Source: Utricularia gibba (taxonomy: Eukaryota > Plantae > Magnoliophyta). Taken from it: a stretch of 64,000 nucleotides of DNA. The notes beneath the pieces are model-generated. The model was not told where the DNA came from, did no database searches, and worked only from the letters and a program-made list of their open reading frames with translations. The position numbers were made by a program, and so were the translations under genes. Of this stretch, positions 41,407-52,961 are shown piece after piece (position 1 is the first letter of the stretch; each line of letters begins with the position of its first letter). The stretch is from assembly GCA_002189035.1 (NCBI GenBank), contig NEEC01000002.1, positions 6,634,001 through 6,698,000 on the forward strand, written 5' to 3'.

Positions 41407-42394
41407 ATGGTTGTTAACGCCCTTGCAGAGTCGTTTATCAAACCCTCTAGACCTGAATGTATGGTGCAAGTGGCTCTGAATTCCTTTGTTTCTCTTGGAA
41501 AGATTAATGGGCTGTTGAAAAACTTCAGAAGTTCGGATTCATACAGCAGCTTTTGCATTGAAAGAGCCACTAAAAGATCTTGTCTGTTGGACAAGAGAAC
41601 TCGATCTCAAACAAGTGCCATGATCTTCAGGCCGAAAGGTGTCAAAACTCAGAGCATGCCACATGAAAGTGTTGCGGATTTGGATGATGACGACTCTGAG
41701 CTCTGCCCTGTCGATTGTGTAAGGGAGTTCAAGACGGAAGAGGAGTTTTCAAGGTTTCTCAGGAAGTCTGCAACTTTAAATGCACTCGTTGTGGTGGACT
41801 TCTACCGAACCTCCTGTGGAAGCTGCAAGTACATAGAACAGGGTTTTGCAAAGCTATGCAAGGGTACAGCAGACAATGAAGTTCCCATTATTTTTCTGAA
41901 ACACAATGTGAGTGTGCCCGCGTTTTGTTTTCAGTTTGTTGTGTATCCAAATCAATTTATGCAGTTGAAGTGGAGGGCAGAAGCTTCTCATGTTGTTTTC
42001 TTTTTCGTTTTTCTACTGTTCTACTGCAGGTTCTTGATGAATATGATGAGCAAACTGAGGTGGCTGAGAATCTTCGAATTCGGGTATGCCTTCTAGTCCT
42101 CTTCTGCAGTTCTGATTCTGAGAATGTATCTGCATATTGATGTTCATTGAGAACTAGGCCTATTAGAATTTCATGGATAAATATCATTCGACTCTGTCTA
42201 ACTTCAAGAATTCAAGTAGCCACATTGTTTCTCAACATAACCAGTGAAGCTGTTTGTTGCAGAGCGTCCCACTTTTCCATTTCTACAAAAATGGAGCCCT
42301 CTTGGAAGCATTTGCTACAAGAGATAAGGAGCGAATACTTGAAGCCATACGCAGGTACACAGGTTCAGCTTCTTCAGCTGCCAGTTCAATCTAG
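41407..42394 (+). CDS. Thioredoxin-like 4 / Lilium-type chloroplast thioredoxin (CGSC motif), 3 coding exons
   Basis: ELCPVDCVREFKT, VVVDFYRTSCGSCKYIEQGFAKLCK, VLDEYDEQTEVAENLRIR (42030-42083), SVPLFHFYKNGALLEAFATRDKERI (42263-42394). Confidence 0.9.
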
Positions 42395-42429
42395 AGATGC
42401 ACATTCGCTGTTGCTTGAGTTCCAGCTGA

Positions 42430-42564
42430 GAATATGATAGATTTCAATGCATGAATGAATATGATAGATTTCAATCATGGCATAAATGGATATGATAGAT
42501 TTCAATGCATGAAAGCTTGTACCATTTATGCATGCACAGCTTGTACCATTTATGCATGCACAGC
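42430..42564. repeat. Compound short tandem duplication array
   Basis: ATATGATAGATTTCAAT three times (starting about 42432, 42459, 42490) followed by a perfect 24-bp tandem AGCTTGTACCATTTATGCATGCAC twice (42514-42561). Confidence 0.85.
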
Positions 42565-42934
42565 ATCATTACACTATTCTCAATGTTTTTTTCACTTTTC
42601 TTCTTGCCAAGCACACTTTGTTATTAGGAAAATGCTCAAATAACATATTCCAGTAACTTTTAAAGACTTCCACAGCATCATTTCCCTACTCTTCCAAGCA
42701 GGATGTTCTGTGCTTTATAACCTGCTGGCATTCAGCCTTTATTGGGCACCAGTGTATTGTGTATTGAAAAAGCAAAGCTTTATGCGTATTTCCATGAATT
42801 GAAAAATCCAAATCCCGCTGTATACAAAGTGCTGGCTTGAATCAAAAGGACACTTCTTTCTCAAGGGAGAGTTTCCTTCTGTTGGTTGAAAAGAATTACT
42901 CTTACAACTGCTACAGCACAAGTTTTATTCCGTT

Positions 42935-44507
42935 TCATGTCTCATGCTCAAGAACTTGCACTCCAGGTCCGTATATCAGCCTGCATCGTTCATGGAAAGA
43001 GCCAACGAGCCGGGAGACAACTTCCTTGAAGAACACATTAGCAATCTGCAGACAGAATACTGATGTCATTACCAAAAGACAAATGGCTGCAAAAATTTTG
43101 AGTTTCTGCTAGGAGCTAACTGCCTGCAACTCCCTTGTTTCTATCTGAACACTCTTAAGAATTCATTCATCTAACATAGCAAAAAAACAGGTTCTTTTCC
43201 AACAAGAAAAGGTCCATCACATGATTTTATAGCTGTTGTGACAAAGCATGATTTTCGTAAACGATGATTTTGGCAGGGTCATACCAGTAATATGTATGCA
43301 AAGTCAATAAAAAGGCAACCATAACTAGATGAGAAAGTCTCACACCTGCCGATAGAATGGTGACTGAAATTTGAAGTCTACCAGGAAGTACAAGCTGCAG
43401 CTTCCTGGAACTGGTCCAGGATTGAACTCCCAGACATTGATCAAATGATGGAAGAGGCTACTCTCAGAAGATGTTGTCTGCAGGAATCACCAACGAACTA
43501 ACATGAACAACAACAGCAAATAGGGGATGATTAAGGAAATGCAATACAAAAGGCAGATCCTTTAGAAAATCAGGAGGACAAACACTACTCATTAGTGCAA
43601 AAAAAAAAAAAAAGAGAAAACTAACTCACGCGAACACCTAAATGCTCCTTTCAAGATGAGAAAACACGGTAAAAAAAACCAGGAACCATAATGAATATGC
43701 AGATTCACTCAAAATACAATAAGGTCATTGGCAGACAACGCTTTATTGGCTAATATCCACGCCGTCAGGTTCACAACGATCATGACTTTCAGTTAGAATG
43801 CACCATAAACAAAATTACTGGCCTCGTTTTGATGCTTTATTTCTAATTTCACAGGAAGACATGTAAATCCGCCAACACATTGTGGAAAAAACAAAAACAA
43901 AAATCAGACTGACCATGGCAGTAAATCACAACCTTTATATATTTTGGGCTCTTGAGTTCCACATGAGAAATGTAACTTTCAACAAGAAATTTGAAGCCAA
44001 TTTCAAGCTCGGCATCAAAACTTCCATCCGGGTTATGGCTAACTATATTAGACCTTTGACACCACGGAAGAAAATCTTCATACAAATCAACAGCCGCAAC
44101 CACATTGAACAGCTGCTCTGGTTTGTACCTATCAAAAAGTAAAAATAATACCATTCCATAGCCCATGAACAAATCGGATCACATAGACATGATTAAGATG
44201 AGAATGATTACCCTAAAACCCGTCTTTCTTCGTATACCTTTGACAGCATATTCCCCTCCTCGCCATCGCCGCATCCCAAAAATCCTCTTTTCTGTAAAAA
44301 GGTTTCGCCGGCGTTCGAAAGTATCCGATATTCCTTGAATCGACGGTCGCCGAAACCTTTTGTGACTACATTCTCCGAGGAGTATGGTACATGGGTTCCG
44401 ACTGAACTATGCAAACTCCGAAACGGGTCATAATTGAAGTAATTTCTCAACCCTCTCCTGGGTGAATTCCGGTGAAGAACCAACCCCGCCACCGCCTTCA
44501 GAAACAT
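42935..44507 (-). CDS. COQ10: Coenzyme Q-binding protein COQ10 homolog, mitochondrial (START/polyketide-cyclase fold)
   Basis: FLGCGDGEEGNMLSKVYEERRVLG/YKPEQLFNVVAAVDLYEDFLPWCQRS...FDAELEIGFKFLVESYISHV; last exon VFFKEVVSRLVGSFHERCRLIYGPGVQVLEHET*. Confidence 0.92.
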
Positions 44508-45072
44508 TCAATAAAGATCCCAACTTCCACAGTTTCTCGGCCTTTATCGGTCAAGTTCAAGTCTTGCAACCCCTCCGATGCGACGGAATCCGTGGACGAC
44601 CGATCGTTGATCAATGGAAACGTCTCTCAACTCCTAATTCATTTCCATATTTCCATTTGCAGTTTTTTTCTAGATTTTATAGATTCATGTTTCTTTTTCA
44701 ACCCTAAAAAAGAAATAAAAATTCTTATCTGATATTTCCAATTTAAAGTTTTAATTTTTTTTTACAGAAATTATTACATCCAATTAGTTTTTCCAGAATT
44801 TATTTATTTATTTTTTTATAAAATCCATGATTTTAAACACATTACCTTTGAACCCATCATTATATCATTATTTTCCTTTCACAAGGCAAACGCAGCCAAC
44901 AGGAAATGAATCGATTCAGTGCTGATAGAACTAAAATCATCATGTTTTTTACATACAAGAAATGTGGGTATGATTCCAAAGCTTAAGGAATTGTTAGCTC
45001 TTGAACCCCAATAGCTTCTAGCAAAAAAAGGTATCTGCAGATCGCTAAGGCCTACTCTCTTTCTCGCTCTGA

Positions 45073-47031
45073 CTAAGAATCTGTTCTACGCAGAACTGAT
45101 AGAAATCTTCGCTGACCTTCTTCCATTGCTGGTTCATTTGATTGCTTCGTTGGAGACTGCTTCTGAGCTCCTCTACCTCTCCTTGAGTGCTTCCAGAAGT
45201 GGGTTCTCGACGCTGTCAAGGAGATGAGATCAGTAACCAAATGAGATGAAGGAGAAGAACTCATGCGATGAGTGTCATGTTTTGCTAGTGACTGTGAACC
45301 TGGTGGTTGTTTATTTGCTCCATCATGAACTGGATGCTGTCGCATACTGGCTCAGGTGGTTGACGTGAAGATGCTGGAACGCAAGCCATGGCCTTGACAT
45401 GGGGATTCTCTTCTGTTGAACCATGCTTTCTTTGAGAAGCAGCAGCGGATTCCCAGGGATTGTGGGGTGTTTTTTGTCTGATAAACTGAACGTTGCTGAT
45501 GGGACCTGCAACAGCAACCAATTTAGCATATGAATTCACTGGAACTCTTAACAGAAACTGCATTGGGAGGAGACCTGTTGTGTGCTTAAGGGAATGCACC
45601 AACTTGGATGTTCTGGTATCCCATACTCTTATCATTCCGTTCTCTAATCCAAAGGCCAATAGAGATCCATCATAACTAGAAGCCAAGCAGGTTACACCAA
45701 TCCTGAACCAAAGAGATGGGGTATTCGATCAATGGAAATAGCAACAAAAAATGTCTGTTTGGAACTATTCCAAATTCCCCAGAAGTCTGTAGGAGCTGGG
45801 GACTGTTCTTCAGCTTCAGTAAAGAATGGAAGAAGCTCATACCCTTGCTTTAAAGATGAACCCATTATGTCTTTTACATTCCTACTGCTGGAGGATGATG
45901 TAGCATTGAGTTCTCTGACATATATGTTGCCATCTCGAGCACCAGCATAAATTACTTCCTCCAAGGGATCCAAAGAAATGGCATTCACGGCAGACGGAAG
46001 TCTAATTTCTCGAATGAGTTCCCCTGTCGCTAATCTCCAAACCTGTGAAAGAATGATACTTTGGGTCGCAGATATTCTCCAGATGATCAGCTCAACAACC
46101 TGATTCTTAAACATGCCACATTTGATAGAGAAGCAGACACTGAGTAGAAGAAGCATCACAAACCTTGCAGGTATGATCCTCAGAAGCCGAAACAATGAAT
46201 GGATATGGTGTGGAAAAACATAACTTAACATCAGTGACTTTCAGGTAGTGTGCTTGAATACTGCGGTCATAAGGTTGCTTTGCTTTTTCTAGTAACGCAT
46301 CATCAAGCATCCTGATGCAAAATAACAGCTTTGATCAGGAAGAACGCACCCAAGAGACTGCAACCAATTGGGCATGCATAGAATGGTAACATACAAGAAA
46401 AGAGGCCAAACGCGAATGCATCCATCGTTCGACCCTGAAACCAAAAGGGATTCATACAAAGCTAAGCAGGTAACTGCTGAATAATGCGCATGCCATTTCT
46501 TAACCAATCTCTTAGACAAAACCTACAGAAATGGATGATTAGCCAGATATCATTCAGCGACTGCCACATGAATCAAAAATTACCTCCCACAAGTATAGAT
46601 CCCCAGAAACACCTCCACCCACAATCAAAGTTCCTTGAATATCCGAAACAAGTGGTCCTATAGGCTCATTCTGTTTGCTCATCACGTCAACTTGAGCCTG
46701 AAAGTTCACAGCGAAATCAGAACACAAATCCAGTCCTCTCACAATTATGAAGTCGCAGTCATTGTTGGAAACGTACGGGTAACAATGAAAATGCATCAAC
46801 TACACGCCCAAATGAGAAAAAAATTACCTTGTTCCAAGACCAATAGGAAATAGAGCCTGAGGACTTGCCCTCAGTGAACTGAGAAGAAGCGAAGCCGCCA
46901 GCGACAGGGACTAGGCCATGAGACGGGGAGGCGCAGGGTTTATAACGTCGCCGCTCAGCTCCCGCTTTGAGGTCCCAACAGCTGACGGCGGCGTCCACCG
47001 GCGACGAAGCGATAAGTATCTCCGCCTCCAT
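45073..47031 (-). CDS. RID3: WD40 protein ROOT INITIATION DEFECTIVE 3 (IPI3/WDR18 homolog), multi-exon
   Basis: MEAEILIASSPVDAAVSCWDLKAG.ERRRYKPCASPSHGL...SGSISYWSWNK, IVGGGVSGDLYLWE, KKWHAHYSAVTCL, VSASEDHTCKVW, C-terminal coiled coil (QFMMEQ). Confidence 0.9.
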
Positions 47032-47132
47032 CAAACCCGGAAATCAATTGGCTTCTCTTACTTTTAATTTTTCCCCGGATACGAAGCAATGTCCAATAGT
47101 CGTGAATAAGCAACCACGAAACCCCAAATCCC

Positions 47133-47216
47133 TAAACCCTATTGACATCTCCCTCTTCGGCCATCGCCATGGAGAGCTTCCCTTGCTCTGAGCCCACCAA
47201 AATGGGCCTTCAGCCC
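47133..47216. promoter_or_regulatory. Telo-box plus site II elements upstream of RID3
   Basis: AAACCCTA at 47133-47140 and TGGGCC/AGCCCA at about 47203-47217, 100-190 bp upstream of the ATG. This pairing is typical of ribosome-biogenesis gene promoters. Confidence 0.5.
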
Positions 47217-48345
47217 ACTCTAAAGCCACATTTTCTTTTGCTTGTGTGGACTGTGGATGGATGTCACCAAAGATATCTAGTAGCTTCCTGCTATGTAGCC
47301 TTTCATGTTTCAATGGAAGTAATCCATTGCTGCACACATACCATCAGACGCAGCACTGAATCCAAAGGGAGGAGGAGATGAAGCTGAAGGATAATCAAGA
47401 AATGAACAGATAAAAAGCCTGTGCAGTTGGTGGAGTTGGTGAACAGAAAGCCAACACAGTGTTTGGAATCTTTTCTGAGGTAACTCTAAAATGGCTCGTT
47501 AAAGATTGCTTTTTGACTCCAAGGGCATGGAAAAAGGCAGAAAGACGAACCTTGATTCAAAAGAAATGCGTTCAAAAGTCAGACTTGGTAGGAAAATCTG
47601 AGGCATCATCGAGGAACACATAAGAAACCCGAACCATTTTCTGCACCTTTGAGAGAAATCAGCAGTACAGCAAAATCGTGTTATGGGCTACGCCAACAGC
47701 AGAGTTTTTTTCTTTTCTTGTCAGCACCACGAAGGCAAATTCCAAATCCTGCAACTCCGGGAAGAAAACACAGTGAATGGGTCAATTCATTACACACCAA
47801 TGGAGACAAAACCCTGGAAGTTACTACAAGACTTGTCCATCGTTGGAAAAGATCAGAATTTTACCAAATAAATTGTTATTATTTAAATATGAATGTTCTA
47901 CATCGGAGGGAGCTCAATGTAGCGGCCTAGTGACGACAATGGGGCTTGTGACGGCATGTTTACCGGCGGTTTCTACCCAAACCAATGAACCGTACAAAAC
48001 GGAAGTTCTTAACTGCAAGGCGCCTTCTACGGTGAGCTTGAAGCTTTTCTTCTCGTGCATGTTGTTGAACTCCAGTCTATCCGGCACCACCGTGACCTTC
48101 ACGCCGCTGTCGAAGGCCGACGTCTTCGCCACGTAAACGGCCCTCCCGTTCCCCATGTACGTCACCGTCCTGCGGAACTCCTTCACCGTGTGGCTACTGG
48201 CGTCGAAGAAGGCTATGAAAGAAGGGTAGTTCAGATCCAAGGAAGGACTGGAGCAGTGGAAAGTCCCTGATCTGGTGATGGCTTTTATCTGGTTTGCGGT
48301 GAAGTTTAGTCCGCAGAGAAGATTGATGTAATCTTGGGAAGATGA

Positions 48346-48790
48346 TAAAAGTATTTTTGGCTGCTTGATTTTGTTGGAGACTTGGTTGAACGTTGAGAGA
48401 ATGTTGAAGTTTGTGGATATTGACTATTGTTTTTGGATCGAAAAGAACTTTCCTTTTTTTCATAAAGCAAACAGGGATTTATATAGATGAGGAGAGTTGC
48501 CCGTTGGATCATATCAGGCCTAAAATATGACCGTTGCCTTTAGTCTGTAGATTAGTCCTCTTGTTCATCTACTGTGTAGCAGCCAGAATTTACTAGGACT
48601 TCTTTCATGGACTGGGCTTCAGATGCTTCTTCTTGGGCCAGTAGTTTGGAATGTTGAGGCCCAAGTATGATAAGGCCTTTTTCCCAATCTAATTGAGGGT
48701 TGCTTCTCATGGGAGGAACAGAGGTCGCGCGCCATTCATCTTCGCGGGTTGAGACTTCCCGGATCTTCGTTGCTCCACCACTTGCTGACA
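48346..48790 (-). repeat. 3' LTR (445 bp), TG...TA termini
   Basis: Matches 53788-54233 except one substitution (48539 T vs 53982 A) and T7 vs T8 in one run, by eye. TATA-like TATATAAA on the minus strand at about 48480. Confidence 0.97.
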
Positions 48791-49754
48791 TTCCTCCTGA
48801 GGGAGTAATGAAGATCCGGCTGTTGTCACAAGAGGATTTCTCCGAATTCCCAGCATTTCTCTGATTCTGTTGAAATTCCTTGGGAATAAGCATTTGGTGA
48901 GAATATCTGCAGGTTGCTCATCCGATGGTAAGTACTCAAGTTTAATCAGTCCTTCCTTCACATAATCTCTGAGTATATGGTATTTAAGCTTGATGTGCTT
49001 GGTCCGACCGAACATCACAGGATTTTTTTTTGATGCTAATGGCAGATTTGTTATCTATCTTGAGTATTATCGGTCTTGTAATTTGAATTTTCAGGTCATC
49101 GCATAATTTCACCAACCATTGCGCATGGTTGGCAGCAGCAGCTCCTGCGATGTATTCGGCTTCTGCCGATGATTGTGCAGTGACGGCTTGTTTCTTGCTG
49201 TTCCATGAAAATACCGCTGATCCTAAGTTGAATAGATAGCCTGTGGTAGATTTACAATCTTGTTCGTCGCCAGCAAAGTCTGAATCAACAAATCCCTGCA
49301 AAATAGGGTTAGTACCTTTCTTGTAATATAAACCAAAGGAAGTTGTGGCCTTCAAATATTTCAGGATACGTGTTGCTATTTCCAGGTGTGTGTTGTGTGG
49401 CTGATGCATGAATCTGGCCAGAAATGATACGGCGAAGGTTATATCCGGTCTAGTAGCAGTTAAATACATCAGAGCGCCAATGAGTTTCTGGTAGTTATGA
49501 GAGTCAACTGGATGAGAATTAAGGTCAGATAATTTCTTTCTAACTTCTGGTGAGAAAGGAGTAGTAGATACTTTTGATGATTCCATGCTGTATTTTTTGA
49601 GTAGTTCCTCTGTATATCTACGTTGGTTCAAAAATATGAAGTCTTTATGTTGAATGATCTCCATTCCTAGGAAATAACGTGCATGTCCCAGATTGGTGAG
49701 TTCAAATCTTTGCTGCAATAGCTTCTGTAATTCAGAAATTCGTTCTTCACTGCT
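48707..49754 (-). CDS. Copia RT C-terminal half plus RNase H (element orientation)
   Basis: SSEERISELQ...FELTNLG..RYFLGMEI, YQKLIGALMYLTATRPDITFAVS, GFVDSDFAGD..DCKSTTGY, SWNSKKQ, SSAEAEY, TKHI, ADILTK. One slip in the T9 run at 49023-49031. Confidence 0.9.
48791..48800 (-). other. Polypurine tract
   Basis: Minus strand reads TCAGGAGGAA immediately before the TG of the 3' LTR. Confidence 0.7.
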
Positions 49755-49796
49755 GTATACCCTGAAAAAAGTGTATACAGTAATAAGTGTATACAT

Positions 49797-50077
49797 CCAA
49801 ATGCCTGTACTGTTCTCTCCAAGGTCATGTGGACAAAGTGTGTCCCCTGAAAAAATACCATCAGATTGGAGGAAAGGCTGCAGATCCTAAGGACAAACTT
49901 ACTAGCGCTATGAATGATGTAAATCTCGCAGCTGAAATGAATAAGAAGAAGATTGATATTTACTCTCTGCGCCGCAAAACTCTAATCACATCATTTGTGG
50001 ATCTAAGGAAACAAGACATCTGGTTTATCGATAGCGGATGCAGTCATCATATAACCAACGACAAGAGTCTATTCACA
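49797..50077 (+). repeat. 281-bp inverted duplication, arm 1
   Basis: CCAAATGCC...CTATTCACA is the reverse complement of 52681-52961. Both arms translate to an identical peptide. Confidence 0.95.
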
Positions 50078-52680
50078 ACCTTCATCGAGCTAACTGGGAA
50101 AGTAATCGAAATTGCTGATGGAAATCACTTACAGGTCATCGGTCAAGGAACAGTTTGCCTTGAAACTGTCCAGAAATTAATCAAGATCACAGACGTGTAT
50201 CTGGTGCCCCAGGCCTACCACAATCTACTAAGCACTGGCCAGCTGGTTGAAAAGGGGATGAAAGTTCATCTGGAAAGTAATGAGTGCAAAATATTAGATG
50301 AAGAAGATAATATACTCCTTACGGTTGCTATGACTGATAGGGTCTTTCCACTGCTTCCGAATGCTACATCCATCGATTACAACATTTGCCTCAAGTCCCT
50401 AGAATCATCTGAGATTTGGCACCAACGGTTAGGTCACCATCACTATGCCTCCCTTATATCCATGAAGAAGAGAAACCTGGCAGAGGGGATTCCTAATATA
50501 ATTCCTGAGGAAAAACACTGCAGAATATGCTTTCAAGGGAAGATGAGCCGAACACCACTCCCTAAGTCCAGCATTCATTCTCAGAAAAAATTGGAAGTTG
50601 TTACCAGTGACGTCTGTGGGCCCATGGCCTCTCCTACTCGAGCCGGCAACAAATATTACGTGATCTTTATTGACGAATATTCAAAGTATACCTGGATCTA
50701 TCTCCTGAAGCATAAATCAGAGGTTTTGCACCACTTCCAAGTCTTCAAGGTCCTTGCAGAAACTCAAAGCAATAGTAAGATTCTAACACTCCGGTCAGAC
50801 AACGGAGGTGAGTACAAATCAACTGAACTGAGACACATTTGTGAGACAAATGGTATTACTCACCAGTTTACAACGCCATATACGCCAGAGCAGAACGGCA
50901 TATGTGAACGAAAGAACAGGACAATAGTCAATATGGCTCGGTGTCTACTCTATCAAAAACACTTACCTCTAGAATTCTGGGGCGAAGCAGTCAACACAGC
51001 CGTGTATCTGTTGAACCGCCTGCCAACCAAAGGAAATAAAGACTGTAAAACTCCTTATGAGCTATGGTACAACAAAATTCCAAGCCTAGATCACATGAAG
51101 GTATTTGGATCACCCTGCTATATATACATTCCAAAGGAGAAGAGATCAAAATGGGACAAAAGATCTGATGAAGGAATTTTCCTGGGATATAGCAATACAA
51201 GTAAAGCCTACAGGGTACTGAATCTAAGAACAAATGAGGTGGAACTCAGTCGTGATGTAACAGTAGACGAGACTAGAATTTACAACTGGAGTTCCTCGAC
51301 AACACATGACAAAAATCATTCTTATTCAGAAAATATATGGAATTTATTCCCTCAACAAGGACATGATGCAACAACCGAACCCCTCAGCATCCACCCAGCG
51401 AGGAACAGTCCTAGTCAAGACTCTATTCAACAAGAAATGACAGCCTCAGGAACAAATATGTTAAGGGTCCAAGCAACCCTAGAAGATCAAATCACAAACT
51501 CAAATGATCGAGCCTCAAACTCAACAGATTTAAGAGGACACTCGGTGTCAACGACAGACATCCTAGAAGTCTCTAATAGCGAAAATTTGCCACCACCTAG
51601 TCCTGATGTTCCGAGAACAATTGAGCCCGAAAGCCCCTGTACAACAGAAGATCCTGTTAATACCCAACAGTTTCCAGAAGGCTCCTTGGCCACTACTATC
51701 GAAGACATGAGATATGAGGATGCAGACTCAGAGCACATACCTGAACAAACTCTAGAATGTCATGAAACCCTCATCAACAGCATCAGAAATCCAAAGGAAA
51801 TCACTGAGCTATCATCAACCGATACATCAGAAGAAGAAAACTCATCAGGAGAAGATGAAGAAACTCAAAACCGAGGACCCAACCTAGCAGCAAGAAATCC
51901 TATACTCATTCCCTCACCTCAAAGGCAAAGTTACCTGGAAGATTACGGACAAGAAGGGGTTCCTTACACCCCACATCATCTATGTATGGATCTGAAACAA
52001 AATGAAGACAGCTCACCTGTGCGAGGATATGCACCAATCAACGATATCTATGATAGGGCATTGAGCACCTATGAACCAGCAAGCGTTCAGGAAGCTCTCG
52101 CTGACCCAGATTGGAAGAAATCCATAGACGAAGAATTCAACTCCATCCAGAAACACGGCGTTTGGACAGCAGTGCCTAAGCCGAAGCAGAAAAAACCTCT
52201 GGACCTAAAATTCATATTCCGTCCCAAGTTAAATCCTGATGGCACTCTGAACAAAAGAAAATCCAGACTGGTGGTAAAGGGATATTTACAGAAAGAAGGG
52301 ATTGATTACCTGGAAACCTTCGCTCCGGTGGCAAGATTAGACACCATTAAGCTGATTATTGCACTTGCGGCCTGCAACAAGTGGTATTTACATCATCTGG
52401 ACATAAAAACGGCCTTTCTGCATGGAGAGTTAAGCGAAGACATATATGTGAACCCCCTCCAGGTTTCATCATCCGAGATAATCCAGAATATGTACTGAAA
52501 TTAAATAAAGCTTTATACGGACTCAAGCAGGCCCCCAAAGAATGGTATACTACCATTGACACTTTCTTTCTAGAGCTGGGATATACAAGAAGTCAAAATG
52601 ATACTACATTATACATATCTGAGGATATCCAAGGAAAAGTTATTGTCTCCTTATACGTAGACGACATTCTAATCACAGGC
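49797..52680 (+). CDS. Copia second knuckle-protease-integrase-RT N-terminal half, inverted relative to the LTRs
   Basis: About 900-aa + strand ORF (CLYCSLQGHVDKVC, DSGCSHH, WHQRLGH, integrase core, RT FAPVARLDTIK...LDIKTAFLHG), continuing after a 1-bp slip at about 52453 to LYVDDILITG. Opposite strand to gag and RNase H. Confidence 0.93.
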
Positions 52681-52961
52681 TGTGAATAGACTCTTGTCGT
52701 TGGTTATATGATGACTGCATCCGCTATCGATAAACCAGATGTCTTGTTTCCTTAGATCCACAAATGATGTGATTAGAGTTTTGCGGCGCAGAGAGTAAAT
52801 ATCAATCTTCTTCTTATTCATTTCAGCTGCGAGATTTACATCATTCATAGCGCTAGTAAGTTTGTCCTTAGGATCTGCAGCCTTTCCTCCAATCTGATGG
52901 TATTTTTTCAGGGGACACACTTTGTCCACATGACCTTGGAGAGAACAGTACAGGCATTTGG
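52681..52961 (-). repeat. 281-bp inverted duplication, arm 2
   Basis: TGTGAATAG...GGCATTTGG, in frame with upstream gag on the minus strand. Confidence 0.95.

Noticed and set aside
31139-42394. Two atypical thioredoxins (CRLC, CGSC) as a functional cluster
   Set aside because: Different subfamilies, 10 kb apart with unrelated genes between. Both are ordinary conserved plant genes.
49787-52689. A second, nested copia element inserted in opposite orientation
   Set aside because: The + strand segment has no LTRs or TSD of its own, supplies exactly the domains missing from the minus-strand element, and rejoins its RT without a gap.
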